This document shows positions 8,713-19,669 of a stretch of 64,000 nt of DNA, piece after piece. Under the pieces are notes generated by a model. It ran no database searches and was not told the DNA's origin. It was given only the letters and a program-made list of their open reading frames with translations. A program made the position numbers and the translations under genes. The stretch spans positions 1,184,001 through 1,248,000 of the forward strand of contig OZ255726.1 in the NCBI GenBank assembly GCA_965277405.1, in the 5' to 3' direction. Numbering within the stretch: the stretch's first letter is position 1; every line of letters starts with the position of its first letter. Source of the DNA: Gammaproteobacteria bacterium (lineage in GTDB: Bacteria; Pseudomonadota; Gammaproteobacteria; G965277405).

Positions 8713-10617
8713 TCAACGCGGTATTGGTAACGCTCTAATCAGTATTTTTGTTTGTTGTAATCGTGTCCAAATTGCTTTGAGTTTATCGCGTTGTCGCACT
8801 GTATCTGTTGTAGTAAGCGCATGCTGATACACTCTTTTTGCCGCTTTATGTCTATCTAAACTCCACAATACTTCAATAAAATGTCCTGCGACCTCTGGGT
8901 CTGACTCCATTTGGTATGCCAGCTGAATAAACACTACCGCTTCATCAAAATTGCGTCGATGAAAACGCTCCCAACCGATCGAGTCTATCACCGATGGGCT
9001 ATTTGGTCGTAATTGGTATGCGCGTTCAATATACTCCACTGCTTCGCTTTGGCGGTCTGGGGCATTTATAAGCAATGTGTAACCATACGCATTTAATGTC
9101 ATGGAATGCTCTGGTTGAAACTCCAACATTTTTTTGAAATCATTTTCCATTGCTGCAACGTTGTTATCCATCGCATGCATCAAGCCGCGGTAATACACCA
9201 GCTCTTGATTAAATGGTTTATTCAGCACGAAGTCATCAAGAAAACTAGCCGCGATAGCATATGATAAGTTTTTAGCCAGCAGGTTAGCTTCCATAATAAC
9301 CAAATCATTAAACTCAGAAATATGTTCACTGCGTTGCTGCAAAAGATATTTACGCGCCGCAGCAAGACCATCAATGCGCGCTGTAGCATCTGCAATTACA
9401 TGTATCGCATGCACACGATATTGTGTGTTTTGCACAATCCGCGCTGCTAGGAGCTTTGCCGTTTTCAGATTATCATTGCTGAGAGTTTGGGTAATTAAAT
9501 GCGTGGTAATCAGTTCAAAATCTTTGCGGCTGATGGCATCACTAGTGTACAGTTCTTGCTGCATATTCAATAAATAATTTTTTGTCTCTGGAGCAAGGTG
9601 TATTTTAGTATTGGTAATCATTTGAAAGAGCGCTATTGGTGAGGAACCGCTATATTCAATATATTTGCGAACTGATGCATCTGTGCTGTTATCCTCGTTG
9701 CTCAACAGCGTTGTCTGTAATTTATATAACAACGCAAATTGTGGAAATTCCTGAATAGCCTGATCAAGTTGTAACTGCGCTTTGGCATATTCCTTGGCAC
9801 GCAGTGCGATCTCAATTTCTATGGCAATAATTCTCGGCAGTTCATCTGACTTGTTGGCTCGATACAGGCGTTTGAGCTTTTGCATTGGTGCAGTAGTTGC
9901 TGGAAAATCTAACACTGCGATATTTTGGTCAAGCTGTTGATGCAACAACATTATCAAGGCGAACATCAATGCGGAGTCTTGCATTTTTTGTTCGTATAGC
10001 TGATACGCATTTATTAACAGCAGTAAGTTTCGCCCATGCAAAAATGTAGCTCCACGTGCAGGGAGCAATGCATTCACTGGCACATCTGCCTTTACTGCGT
10101 CTACAAGCACATCGAGTGCTGCGACGTGTTGTAGTTGCTTGATCAATACCAACGCTAAACTATGATGTGATTGTGGATTGTCGTAATCGTATTTAATCCA
10201 CAAGCGTGCTGCTTTGTTGGCATAGTCAAGCTCATTGCGTTTAATCGCAAACTGGAATACTCGCTGAGCAGCAGCAGCACTTTGTGCATTACGAACCCTG
10301 CGTAGCATTGCTGCAAAATCCACACCATCAACATCACGACTTATAGCCAATTCATCGACAAGCAACTCATAAATGTTATTAGAGCTACTTGTGTTTATCT
10401 CACCGCTGGTGATTATTTTCTCTTGCGTTACTGTTTGCACCTCAGTTGCTGATGTTGGTTCAGTCTGTGATATTTCCGCGTCTGCACTTTGCTGCGGAGT
10501 AGCAGTATTAGCACAGCTTATTGAGATGATTACTACAAACAGCAACACAGCAACCAATACATGCGAACGAGAAAATAAATGCATAATTATCACGAGGTTA
10601 GTAGAAAACGAATACAT
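8713..10617 (-). CDS. Tetratricopeptide-repeat lipoprotein (PA4667/LbcA-like)
   Basis: Lipobox-like ISISC; C-terminal LNAYGYTL...AY.L.P.SP.V.DS.GW...DPEVAGH TPR motifs. Confidence 0.75.
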   Translation of the reverse strand: MYSFSTNLVIIMHLFSRSHVLVAVLLFVVIISISCANTATPQQSADAEISQTEPTSATEVQTVTQEKIITSGEINTSSSNNIYELLVDELAISRDVDGVDFAAMLRRVRNAQSAAAAQRVFQFAIKRNELDYANKAARLWIKYDYDNPQSHHSLALVLIKQLQHVAALDVLVDAVKADVPVNALLPARGATFLHGRNLLLLINAYQLYEQKMQDSALMFALIMLLHQQLDQNIAVLDFPATTAPMQKLKRLYRANKSDELPRIIAIEIEIALRAKEYAKAQLQLDQAIQEFPQFALLYKLQTTLLSNEDNSTDASVRKYIEYSGSSPIALFQMITNTKIHLAPETKNYLLNMQQELYTSDAISRKDFELITTHLITQTLSNDNLKTAKLLAARIVQNTQYRVHAIHVIADATARIDGLAAARKYLLQQRSEHISEFNDLVIMEANLLAKNLSYAIAASFLDDFVLNKPFNQELVYYRGLMHAMDNNVAAMENDFKKMLEFQPEHSMTLNAYGYTLLINAPDRQSEAVEYIERAYQLRPNSPSVIDSIGWERFHRRNFDEAVVFIQLAYQMESDPEVAGHFIEVLWSLDRHKAAKRVYQHALTTTDTVRQRDKLKAIWTRLQQTKILIRALPIPR

Positions 10618-10679
10618 ATGATATGTTGTGTCGTATATTTATGTTGCAATGCGCGGCAATTTACATGTTTTGATATTGT

Positions 10680-11411
10680 ATGCTAACAACCAACCAAACC
10701 ACAGCACATTTGATTTTTAATGATCTCAAAAATCCAGCAATAATAAAGTATTGGCTGTATTCCCTCGTGCTTTCGGTGATCTGCGTTATTATTGTAGCAG
10801 TTACCTTTAGCTATTCAATTTTCGAAGCGTTGGCCACATTGCACGATATGCTTGGGACATTTAGTTTTATATGGCCAATGCTTGGTTATATTGGCATCGC
10901 TTTTTCAATTGTTTTTGGCGGCTTGATTTGGTCTCTCTTGCACTTGCTTGTTTTGAGCTTTTTTACACCAGCAATTATTCGCCAACTTGCGGTAGGTACG
11001 TTGGTTACGCTCCATGACCCTGGTTTTTTATTCATTATTGCGCCACTGTTACGCACCATCTTCATGCACCTGCTAATCTTACCGTTTGTCCTATTATTCT
11101 CGATTATTCCAGTCATAGGCTTATTCATGATGCCAATATGGGGCTGGTCAATATACCGCGCGTTATTAGTGATTGATTGTGCGTCAGTGATTATGGATAA
11201 CAAAGACTTTTTTGTGTCGACGCGCACATGGGCGTATGGTATTCCTGCATTGGTAGGTTGGACGTTGGCATTCATCCCTATCGCAAATTTATTTGCCCCA
11301 ATGGTTGCAATTATTATGTGCGCGCGTGTGATGCTTTTAGAATATAGCAATTCAACAATATTATTTGATATGGATAACGCCACGGGTAAAAATTATGATG
11401 AGTCTGTTTAG
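10680..11411 (+). CDS. EI24/CysZ-like membrane protein
   Basis: Multiple TM helices with two IP(V/I) motifs typical of EI24/CysZ. Confidence 0.55.
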   Translation: MLTTNQTTAHLIFNDLKNPAIIKYWLYSLVLSVICVIIVAVTFSYSIFEALATLHDMLGTFSFIWPMLGYIGIAFSIVFGGLIWSLLHLLVLSFFTPAIIRQLAVGTLVTLHDPGFLFIIAPLLRTIFMHLLILPFVLLFSIIPVIGLFMMPIWGWSIYRALLVIDCASVIMDNKDFFVSTRTWAYGIPALVGWTLAFIPIANLFAPMVAIIMCARVMLLEYSNSTILFDMDNATGKNYDESV

Positions 11412-11697
11412 GGAAGCTCTGATTAAGTCTATGATGGGCGAGACAGAGAAAAAACGCTGATGAAACTTAAGCGTAGTGCGCAGATAATACTGGTGGTATT
11501 ATCAAGTGCTGCAACGACGTTAGCGCAGCGTTTTTTCCCGTCCTTCTATTGAATATATGATGGTTTGCCTACAAGCGGTACTTGCTGTGTTGCATCCCTT
11601 GGCGTATATGCTACGGCATGCGCTCCGCGGTTTGCGCCTTGCAATCATCAGTAATTGCAGGCAAACTCGCTCCATCAGCGACTTAATCAGAGCTTCC
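11412..11697 (+). mobile_element. Miniature inverted-repeat element, copy C (286 bp)
   Basis: GGAAGCTCTGATTAAGTC...GACTTAATCAGAGCTTCC, a perfect 18-bp TIR; flanked by TTAG/TTAG, the left copy containing the stop codon of the upstream gene. Confidence 0.95.
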
Positions 11698-11750
11698 TTA
11701 GAGAGGATAGCTGCAGCCAACATGCGCAGTTGCTACAAAGCGGTAATATA

Positions 11751-12263
11751 TCAATGATTCAGTTTTTTTAGTATCACATAACACGCACCAGTGCCGCCGT
11801 GCTGTGGCTCTGCACTCATTGCCGCAAGTACCAATTGTGATTGACGCAGCCAATGCGCTACATGCGCTTTAATGATTGAACCGTTTGCGCCGTTCTTTCC
11901 GTGTACGATTAACAGCCGTCGTATGCTGCGCGCATAGCAATCATCAATTGAATGAGCCAAATACGTGCCAGCTGCTGCGATAGTGTTATTGTGTAAATCA
12001 ATTTTTTCAACATGTAGACCTTGGCGAAATGGCTGAAAGTTTTTATAACTCACCCCGCTTGCTAAAATGGATATTTTTTCTTCACCAGCCATTGCTGCTA
12101 GATATTCACAGGCTACAAAGTTACTGATTTGCTGCATGGCAACCGTTGCTACTTGTGAGCATTGCAACGGCGCTGTGATGTTATTCACGGCATCACGAAA
12201 CTGCTGTGTTTCATCAGCAGTTGCTATGTGCTTGTTGGGATACTTTGGGATACTATTACCCAT
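11751..12263 (-). CDS. Smr/MutS2-domain protein
   Basis: IDLH..., LLIVHGK, HGGTGACYVIL. Confidence 0.85.
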   Translation of the reverse strand: MGNSIPKYPNKHIATADETQQFRDAVNNITAPLQCSQVATVAMQQISNFVACEYLAAMAGEEKISILASGVSYKNFQPFRQGLHVEKIDLHNNTIAAAGTYLAHSIDDCYARSIRRLLIVHGKNGANGSIIKAHVAHWLRQSQLVLAAMSAEPQHGGTGACYVILKKLNH

Positions 12264-14827
12264 TATTGTTGCATAAACTCAACGCCAGATTCTGAAGACC
12301 GCCCTTGTATGATTCCAGCATGAATACTGCCATCAAGTATCCGCTGCGCTAGCGGGTTTTCTATCCATTGTTTTAAGGTGCGTTGCAATGGACGAGCGCC
12401 AAAGTCGTGGCTATAGCCAATGTTGCTCAGCCGCTCTAAGGTACTGTCATCAAGTTGCAACTCCATGTTTTGTTCTGCCAGCCTTGCGTTAATTCGCAAC
12501 ATTTGAATGTCAATAATCTGGCGAATTGCGGCTTGATCTAGAGAATCAAATAACACTATTTCATCAATTCTGTTGATAAATTCAGGGCGGAATTGCCGAT
12601 GCAGCATTTCCATTACTTGCTGCTTACATGCAGCGGAATTTCCTTGCTGTAAAATAACATCTGAACCTAAATTAGAAGTGAGCACAATGATGGTGTTATT
12701 AAAATTCACCGTGCGCCCTTGTCCATCTGTCAACCTACCGTCGTCAAGCAACTGTAATAAAATATGGAATACATCTGGATGCGCTTTTTCCACTTCATCG
12801 AGCAAAATAACGCTATATGGTCTGCGCCGTACTGCCTCAGTCAAGCTACCCCCTTGCTCATAGCCTATATAGCCTGGTGGAGCACCTATCAGTCGCGAGA
12901 CCGAATGTTTTTCTAAATATTCTGACATATCGATGCGAATCATTGCGTCTTCACTATCAAAGAGAAAACACGCGAGCGCTTTACATAATTCGGTTTTACC
13001 AACACCAGTTGGACCAAGAAATAAAAAAGACCCACTTGGTTTACGCGGGTCACTCAGCCCTGCTCGTGAGCGCCGTACGGTATTTGCGACTGCTGCGACC
13101 GCTGTGTTTTGACCTATCACCCGTTCGTGGAGCACCTGCTCAAGCTGGAGTAGTTTGCGTTTTTCGCTTTCCAACATCCGCGTAACAGGAATACCTGTCC
13201 ACCGCGATACAATTTCTGCAATTTCTTCTTCATCAACACGCGTTGGTAGCAATGTGTTGTTGTTGCTATTCTCTGTCGCTGCTTCAAGTTGCTTTGCTAG
13301 TTTCGGAATATCGCTGTATAGTAACTGGGCAAGTACGTCTAAATTGCCTGCGCGCCGTGCCGTTTCACTTTCAAGCTTTGCTTTGTCAATACTGGCCTTT
13401 ATTGTTTGCATATGCAGCAAATTTGCTTTTTCAGCATTCAGCCGTTGCTCCATATCGGCCATTTCCTTTGTTAAACTGCCAATTTCTGCAGCAAGCTGAT
13501 TGCGCTGTTGCGTTGAGGTTGCGTCAATATCTTCTTTAATCGCTTCCATTTCAATTTTGCGTTGAATTAATAGGCGCTCACACTTGTCTACGCTCTCTGG
13601 CTTAGAATCCATAGCAATGCGAATCCGGCTCGCAGCTTCATCAATCAAATCAATGGCTTTGTCTGGCAGCATCCGCGCGGTAATATAGCGTTTTGATAAT
13701 TTTACTGCGGCAATAATCGCCGAGTCTGTAATGTCAACGCCATGGTGTAATTCATATTTCTCCTTAATTCCGCGTAAAATTGCTATTGCATCACTTTCAC
13801 TTGGCTCTTTCACTAATACTTGCTGAAACCGCCGCTCCAGCGCTGCGTCTTTTTCGATGTACTGACGGTATTCATCTAAGGTTGTCGCGCCCACACAATG
13901 GAGTTCACCACGCGCTAATGCTGGTTTTAACAAATTGCTGGCGTCCATCGCTCCGTCGCTTTTTCCTGCACCAACTAGCATGTGCAACTCATCAATAAAC
14001 AGGATCACTTGACCTGCAAGCGCTTGTAATTCTTTTAATACTGCTTTTAAACGTTCTTCGAACTCACCGCGAAACTTTGCACCTGCCACCAACGCTCCCA
14101 AATCCAGGGAAAGTACTTTTTTGTTTTGTAAGCCTGAAGGTACTTGGCGGTTAATGATGCGCAGCGCCAGACCTTCTACCAATGCAGTCTTGCCGACACC
14201 AGGCTCGCCAATCAGCACAGGATTATTTTTGCGCCTGCGTTGCAAGACTTGTATGGTGCGACGAATTTCATCGTCGCGACCGATCACAGGGTCAAGCTCA
14301 CCTTGTTGTGCCCGCTGTGTTACGTCAATGCAATATTTTTGTAGCGCCTTGCGAGAGTCCTCTGCTCCGGCTGTATCAACAGTCGTGTTATTGCGCACAG
14401 TATTGATGGCAACTTGCAGCAGCGATTTAGCGACGCCATGATTTTTAAGAATCTTCCCTGTAGCGCCTTTATCATCACAGGCTGCAAGCAAAAACAATTC
14501 ACTGGCAATAAATTGATCGCCGCGCTCATGCGCGTGTTTTTTTGCAATGGCTAAAACATGTAATAGTTGCTGGGAAGTACGAACTTCGTTGCCTTGTCCG
14601 CCAGCCATTTTGGGCCCATCCGCACAAACTTTGGCAATGTTTTCTTGGATAGCCGCAGCATTACCACCTGACTGAATAAGCAGTGGCGTCATTGCGGCAT
14701 CTGGATTTTGCAGTAATTCCTTAAGTACATGATTGGTATCAATCTGAACATCGTTGTTTACCAGCGCATTTGTTTGCGCTGCATCCAGAGCATTTTGCAT
14801 TATTGTGGTAAATTCTTCAATCCTCAT
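12263..14827 (-). CDS. clpB: ATP-dependent chaperone ClpB
   Basis: Two AAA+ modules ([16 protein letters not shown]), middle coiled coil, RIDMSEY. Confidence 0.97.
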   Translation of the reverse strand: MRIEEFTTIMQNALDAAQTNALVNNDVQIDTNHVLKELLQNPDAAMTPLLIQSGGNAAAIQENIAKVCADGPKMAGGQGNEVRTSQQLLHVLAIAKKHAHERGDQFIASELFLLAACDDKGATGKILKNHGVAKSLLQVAINTVRNNTTVDTAGAEDSRKALQKYCIDVTQRAQQGELDPVIGRDDEIRRTIQVLQRRRKNNPVLIGEPGVGKTALVEGLALRIINRQVPSGLQNKKVLSLDLGALVAGAKFRGEFEERLKAVLKELQALAGQVILFIDELHMLVGAGKSDGAMDASNLLKPALARGELHCVGATTLDEYRQYIEKDAALERRFQQVLVKEPSESDAIAILRGIKEKYELHHGVDITDSAIIAAVKLSKRYITARMLPDKAIDLIDEAASRIRIAMDSKPESVDKCERLLIQRKIEMEAIKEDIDATSTQQRNQLAAEIGSLTKEMADMEQRLNAEKANLLHMQTIKASIDKAKLESETARRAGNLDVLAQLLYSDIPKLAKQLEAATENSNNNTLLPTRVDEEEIAEIVSRWTGIPVTRMLESEKRKLLQLEQVLHERVIGQNTAVAAVANTVRRSRAGLSDPRKPSGSFLFLGPTGVGKTELCKALACFLFDSEDAMIRIDMSEYLEKHSVSRLIGAPPGYIGYEQGGSLTEAVRRRPYSVILLDEVEKAHPDVFHILLQLLDDGRLTDGQGRTVNFNNTIIVLTSNLGSDVILQQGNSAACKQQVMEMLHRQFRPEFINRIDEIVLFDSLDQAAIRQIIDIQMLRINARLAEQNMELQLDDSTLERLSNIGYSHDFGARPLQRTLKQWIENPLAQRILDGSIHAGIIQGRSSESGVEFMQQ

Positions 14828-14880
14828 ACAGCGTCCAATTGTGCGTTATTAGCAGATAGATATTCAGGGGTTTCATAGAA

Positions 14881-14906
14881 ATATAGGTAACCTCAGTGTA
14901 TTCAAG
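14881..14906 (-). promoter_or_regulatory. Putative sigma-32 (RpoH) promoter of clpB
   Basis: Minus strand CTTGAA-13 nt-CCTATAT, close to the CTTGAA-N13/14-CCCCATNT consensus, about 55 nt upstream of clpB. Confidence 0.7.
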
Positions 14907-14997
14907 CACGAATGGATATAGAAATTTGTTTTAGTGGAGATAGCAGTTGTAGCCCATTGCTGATATATTGAGTATTTTGGATGGCATAACTGCAATT

Positions 14998-15876
14998 ATG
15001 AAAGAATTCACAGGAAGCATGGTCGCGCTCATTACCCCCATGCATGCGAACGGTGACGTGGCATACGACGCACTCGCCGAACTGATAGAATGGCATATTA
15101 GCGCTGGAACAAGTGTTATTATTGCTGTTGGCACCACTGGTGAATCAGCAACACTCACGCCAAAGGAACATATTGATGTCATTGAATTTACTTGTAAACA
15201 GGTTCGCGGGCGCATTCCTGTTATCGCTGGCACAGGTTCAAATGCCACGGCTGAAGCAATCGACTTTACCGCTGCAGCCAAAGACAAACAAGCAGATGCG
15301 TGTTTGCTCGTTGTGCCGTATTATAATAAGCCAACCCAACAAGGATTATTAGCCCATTTCAAAGCAGTCGCTGATGCCGTTGCGATTCCTCAATTGATCT
15401 ATAACGTCCCATCGCGCACTATTATAGACATCTTGCCTGAAACAGTAGCTGACCTTTCATACCATCCAAATATTGTTGGCATCAAAGAGGCGAGTGGCGA
15501 CAATACCCGCGTACAAAAACTAAAAGACCTAACTAGAGACTTCATCCTATTAAGTGGCGAAGACCCAACAATTGATGGCTTTATGAATGCAGGCGGTGAT
15601 GGCATTATTTCAGTCACTGCCAATGTAATTCCAGATAAAATGGCAAAGTTAATTGAGCACGGTTTGCGCGGTAGAACGGATGCCTGTGTGCGGGCGCAAG
15701 ATGAACTGCGGACCTTGCATAGCATGATGTTTATTGAGCCAAGTCCAACAGCTGTCAAATATGCACTGTGGCGCATGGGTAAATGCGATCGTGGCATTCG
15801 CTTGCCGTTATTATGGCTTAGCGAACAGCATCGTGCGCAGGTCGATCAAACTCTTGCAGACTTACAGCTGCTATAA
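14998..15876 (+). CDS. dapA: 4-hydroxy-tetrahydrodipicolinate synthase
   Basis: GTTGES, YNVPSRT, IVGIKEASG. Confidence 0.95.
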   Translation: MKEFTGSMVALITPMHANGDVAYDALAELIEWHISAGTSVIIAVGTTGESATLTPKEHIDVIEFTCKQVRGRIPVIAGTGSNATAEAIDFTAAAKDKQADACLLVVPYYNKPTQQGLLAHFKAVADAVAIPQLIYNVPSRTIIDILPETVADLSYHPNIVGIKEASGDNTRVQKLKDLTRDFILLSGEDPTIDGFMNAGGDGIISVTANVIPDKMAKLIEHGLRGRTDACVRAQDELRTLHSMMFIEPSPTAVKYALWRMGKCDRGIRLPLLWLSEQHRAQVDQTLADLQLL

Positions 15877-15888
15877 ACCCATTTATTC

Positions 15889-16461
15889 ATGATTAAATAT
15901 TATTCTATTTTTGTTATCGCATTGTTTATACACAGTTGCAGCACTGGTGCATTACGCTACCAAACCGCACAGCAAACAAAAAAATACGCGCCGCCGCCGC
16001 CAACAAAACCACTCGAAGATACAATGCTGGTTCCCCAGTCGGCAATGGCTGGGGAATTGTTGCAAACTGAATCAGCTGGATATCCGTTTCCTATTGCAGG
16101 ATTTATTCAAGACGTACAGAGTGAAAATGTTTCTATGCAATCAGTACTGCAAAAAAAAATCGTTATTGCAGAAGTTGGTATCAATAGCCGCAATCAACCC
16201 AGTTTGCGTACTGAGCTACCACCAAATTCTGTATTGAAAAAATATGCAGCTTTTACTCAAGCACCAGCAATAGCCGATGCAACTAATTCGTCCGTTGCCC
16301 TGCTTATCGACAATCAACCATATCAATTGGCATGGTCACAAACACTTGAGAATGTCTATATTGTGATTAAATCAGCCGATGGCACCGAATACGCAGACGC
16401 TATAGTCAGTAAGAATTGGCTTACTGAATTTGCACAATTCCTGCAAGAAAATCCATTATAA
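15889..16461 (+). CDS. Lipoprotein, possibly a highly diverged BamC/NlpB
   Basis: Lipobox-like IHSC; occupies the bamC position directly after dapA; little recognisable sequence similarity. Confidence 0.4.
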   Translation: MIKYYSIFVIALFIHSCSTGALRYQTAQQTKKYAPPPPTKPLEDTMLVPQSAMAGELLQTESAGYPFPIAGFIQDVQSENVSMQSVLQKKIVIAEVGINSRNQPSLRTELPPNSVLKKYAAFTQAPAIADATNSSVALLIDNQPYQLAWSQTLENVYIVIKSADGTEYADAIVSKNWLTEFAQFLQENPL

Positions 16462-16469
16462 AGAAATAA

Positions 16470-16922
16470 GTAATCTTTGATTAAGTCCATGATGGGTGAG
16501 ACAGGTAAACGATGCGCTGGCGGTGTTGCATTCCTTGCGAACCTCTGATTAATTCCATGATGGGCGAGACGGAGAAAAAACGCTGATGATAACTAGACGC
16601 AGTGCACAGATAATACTGGTGGTATTATCAAGTGCTGCAACGACGTTAGCGCAGCGTTTTTTCCCGTCCTTCTGTTGAATATACTTTGGGTTTGCTGCAA
16701 TTGCTGCGCTTGCTGTGTTGCATCCCTTGGCGTATATGCTACGGCATGCGCCTGCGGAATGCGCCTTGCAATCATCAGCAATTGCAGGCAAACTCGCTCC
16801 ATCAGCGAGTTAATCAGAGGTTCCCTTGGCGTATAAGCTACGGCATGCACCGTCTGCATGCGCCACGCTTCATCTGCAATTGCAGGCAACCCTGCTTCAT
16901 GCGCGACTTAATCAGAGGTTTC
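16470..16922 (+). mobile_element. Older, internally deleted miniature element interrupted by copy D
   Basis: Degenerate left end GTAATCTTTGATTAAGTCCATGATGGG, right end GACTTAATCAGAGGTTTC, flanked by ATAA/ATAA. Confidence 0.8.
16538..16824 (+). mobile_element. Miniature inverted-repeat element, copy D (287 bp), nested
   Basis: CGAACCTCTGATTAA...TTAATCAGAGGTTCC flanked by CTTG/CTTG inside the older copy. Confidence 0.92.
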
Positions 16923-16944
16923 ATAACTATATTGAGATTGACGT

Positions 16945-17967
16945 TTGTTTTCTAGTTATCATTACGCCCCACAATGGTTGCCGCATGAACGCAATTGGCT
17001 GATGTTGCCAAGCCTGCAATCTTCATGGGATCGCGATTTTATCCATGTACAAAAGTCTATTATTGAGCTAGCGAACATTATCGTGCAGTTCGAACCCGTG
17101 GCTGTGCTCCATGATTATACTGATACCCGCCATCTAATAGCCAACCTTGATAGCCGGGTTGAATTACTGCCGTGGTCTGAGCCTGAATGGTGGATAAACG
17201 ATAATGCACCAATGGTGTTACTCAAAAAGAATATGCTTACAGCAAAAATAGCGGCAATATTTTGGGGCGAGCGTAATACAACGAGTATTCAGAGCAACTG
17301 TTGTTATTCATTAGTAAAAAAACTCTATATTCCGATAAAAACTCAGCCATTATTGCTGAACTCCAATATGTACACAGCAGATGGCGCTGGAACAATTGTA
17401 TTGGATAAAAATGCTGTATTCAACAACACCAAAAATGCGGCACTCCCCGTCAAAACCATCAATAGCGCACTTGAGCGCTTTGGTCGACACCACAATGTGG
17501 TATGGCTTGACTACAAGCCGTTGGTTAATTCACACAATCATCTTGCTGATATCATGATTTTCATTGCTGAAGGGAAAGTCCTATTAGCAACATCAGCCTA
17601 TACAAGCGATGTTAACGCATCAGTGTATGCTTCAGTCTTAATACAGATAAAAAATATCATTGATGGCTTTGGCCAGTATTTGTCTGTTTACACAGTGGGC
17701 AATCCGCTACCAACGAGGTATCAAAATAGAAAAGTCACAATATCATATGCCAATCTATTACTTGTACATAAGGCGGTGGTTATGCCCAAATTCGGGCATC
17801 AGATATTAGATGCAAAGGCGCTAAGCACTGTCAAAGGGGTTTTTCCAGGCCGTGATGTAATACAATTTAATGCATTACCGTTAGCACGTGCTGGTGGCGG
17901 GTTACGCGCAGTAGTTTGGCAGCAGCCAAATACGTCAGTACTGCGTTGGCGCATGACGAATAGATAG
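16945..17967 (+). CDS. Agmatine deiminase (PAD/AguA) family homologue, catalytic motif degenerate
   Basis: N-terminal P.W.PH..W...[26 protein letters not shown]; C-terminal [12 protein letters not shown] instead of GGxxHCxTQQxP. Confidence 0.75.
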   Translation: MFSSYHYAPQWLPHERNWLMLPSLQSSWDRDFIHVQKSIIELANIIVQFEPVAVLHDYTDTRHLIANLDSRVELLPWSEPEWWINDNAPMVLLKKNMLTAKIAAIFWGERNTTSIQSNCCYSLVKKLYIPIKTQPLLLNSNMYTADGAGTIVLDKNAVFNNTKNAALPVKTINSALERFGRHHNVVWLDYKPLVNSHNHLADIMIFIAEGKVLLATSAYTSDVNASVYASVLIQIKNIIDGFGQYLSVYTVGNPLPTRYQNRKVTISYANLLLVHKAVVMPKFGHQILDAKALSTVKGVFPGRDVIQFNALPLARAGGGLRAVVWQQPNTSVLRWRMTNR

Positions 17968-17998
17968 TAAATTCATCACGTTATTTATTAGGATTTTT

Positions 17999-19669
17999 AT
18001 GCCGACTGATATCGATATTGCCCGCCAAGCAACGCCCCTGCATATTCACGAAATCGGTGAAAAAATACATATAGATAAGGATGACTTGCTCACATATGGA
18101 TACGATAAAGCCAAGATTTCTGCTCGTTTTATCCAGCAAATTTCTAATAATCCACACGGCAAACTGATACTTGTAACCGCCATCAATCCTACTCCCGCAG
18201 GAGAGGGAAAAACCACTACTACCGTTGGTCTTGGTGATGCATTAAACCGTATTCACAAGCAAACAATCATCTGCCTGCGTGAACCTTCGCTGGGACCATG
18301 TTTTGGTGTTAAAGGTGGTGCTGCTGGGGGTGGATATTCGCAAGTCATCCCTATGGAAGATATTAACCTGCACTTTACAGGTGATTTTCATGCTATTAGC
18401 AGTGCGCATAATTTGTTAGCAGCAATGATTGACAACCATATTCATTGGGGAAATGAGCTAGGTATTGATGCTCGCCGCATATCATGGCGGCGTGTTGTCG
18501 ATATGAATGACCGCGCGTTACGCAATATAACAAGCGGACTTGGTGGTCCAGGCAATGGTTTTCCCCGGCAAGATGGCTTTGACATTACCGTGGCATCTGA
18601 AGTGATGGCAATTTTGTGTTTGTCGGAAAACCTGCATGAGTTGGAGCAACGGCTTGAAAAAATTGTCATTGGCTATCGCCGCGACATGTCTCCTATAACC
18701 GCAAAAGATATTAAGGCATCAGGCGCTATGGCAGTGCTACTCAAACAGGCAATGCAACCGAATGTTGTACAAACTTTAGAAAACAACCCTGCCTTTGTTC
18801 ATGGTGGACCCTTTGCAAATATTGCTCACGGTTGTAATACGTTAATTGCTACTAAAACTGCGCTTAAACTGGCAGAGTATGTGGTTACAGAAGCAGGATT
18901 TGGCGCAGACCTTGGAGCTGAAAAATTTCTCAATATTAAATGTCGTAAATCTGGGTTAGCACCAAGCGCAGTTGTGATCGTGGCGACAATTAGAGCGTTA
19001 AAAATGAATGGCGGCATCACCAAAGACAACCTTGGTGAGGAAAACGTGGCCGCAGTTATGACAGGGTGTAACAACCTTGACCGTCATATTGAAAATATGC
19101 AGAAGTTTGGGTTGCGCAGCGTGGTAGCAATCAATCATTTTCACAATGATACTCAAGCTGAGATTGAGGCCGTCCAGAGACATTGTGCTAAAAACAATGT
19201 TGTGGCGATTGTTTGCAAGCACTGGGAACAAGGCAGTGCGGGAGCGGAAGAACTTGCTCGCGCAGTGGTGGCGATGACGGAGCAAAACACCAGTGTGCTG
19301 CAGCTGTTGTATGATGATGACCAATCACTTTTTAGCAAGATAGAGACCGTGGCGAAACAACTCTACCGCGCAGATGAAGTGCTTGCCGACAGCAAAATTC
19401 GTAACCAACTGCATATTTGGGAAAACGCAGGCTATGGCACATTACCGATTTGCATAGCCAAGACCCAATATTCTTTTACCACTGACCCGAATAAACGAGG
19501 AGCACCAACCCACCATTCAGTGCCAATACGCGAAGTGCGACTTGCAGCTGGTGCTGGGTTTATCGTGGTAATCTGTGGCGAAATTATGACCATGCCTGGT
19601 CTGCCAAAACAACCAGCTGCAGAACAGATTTGCTTGAATACTGATGGCTTAACCGTAGGGCTGTTCTAG
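17999..19669 (+). CDS. fhs: Formate--tetrahydrofolate ligase
   Basis: [32 protein letters not shown]. Confidence 0.97.
   Translation: MPTDIDIARQATPLHIHEIGEKIHIDKDDLLTYGYDKAKISARFIQQISNNPHGKLILVTAINPTPAGEGKTTTTVGLGDALNRIHKQTIICLREPSLGPCFGVKGGAAGGGYSQVIPMEDINLHFTGDFHAISSAHNLLAAMIDNHIHWGNELGIDARRISWRRVVDMNDRALRNITSGLGGPGNGFPRQDGFDITVASEVMAILCLSENLHELEQRLEKIVIGYRRDMSPITAKDIKASGAMAVLLKQAMQPNVVQTLENNPAFVHGGPFANIAHGCNTLIATKTALKLAEYVVTEAGFGADLGAEKFLNIKCRKSGLAPSAVVIVATIRALKMNGGITKDNLGEENVAAVMTGCNNLDRHIENMQKFGLRSVVAINHFHNDTQAEIEAVQRHCAKNNVVAIVCKHWEQGSAGAEELARAVVAMTEQNTSVLQLLYDDDQSLFSKIETVAKQLYRADEVLADSKIRNQLHIWENAGYGTLPICIAKTQYSFTTDPNKRGAPTHHSVPIREVRLAAGAGFIVVICGEIMTMPGLPKQPAAEQICLNTDGLTVGLF

Noticed and set aside
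3142-16922. Dispersed repeats as a CRISPR array or integron attC sites
   Set aside because: No repeat-spacer periodicity, no cas or intI gene, and the flanks are housekeeping genes; TIRs plus 4-bp duplications indicate transposition.
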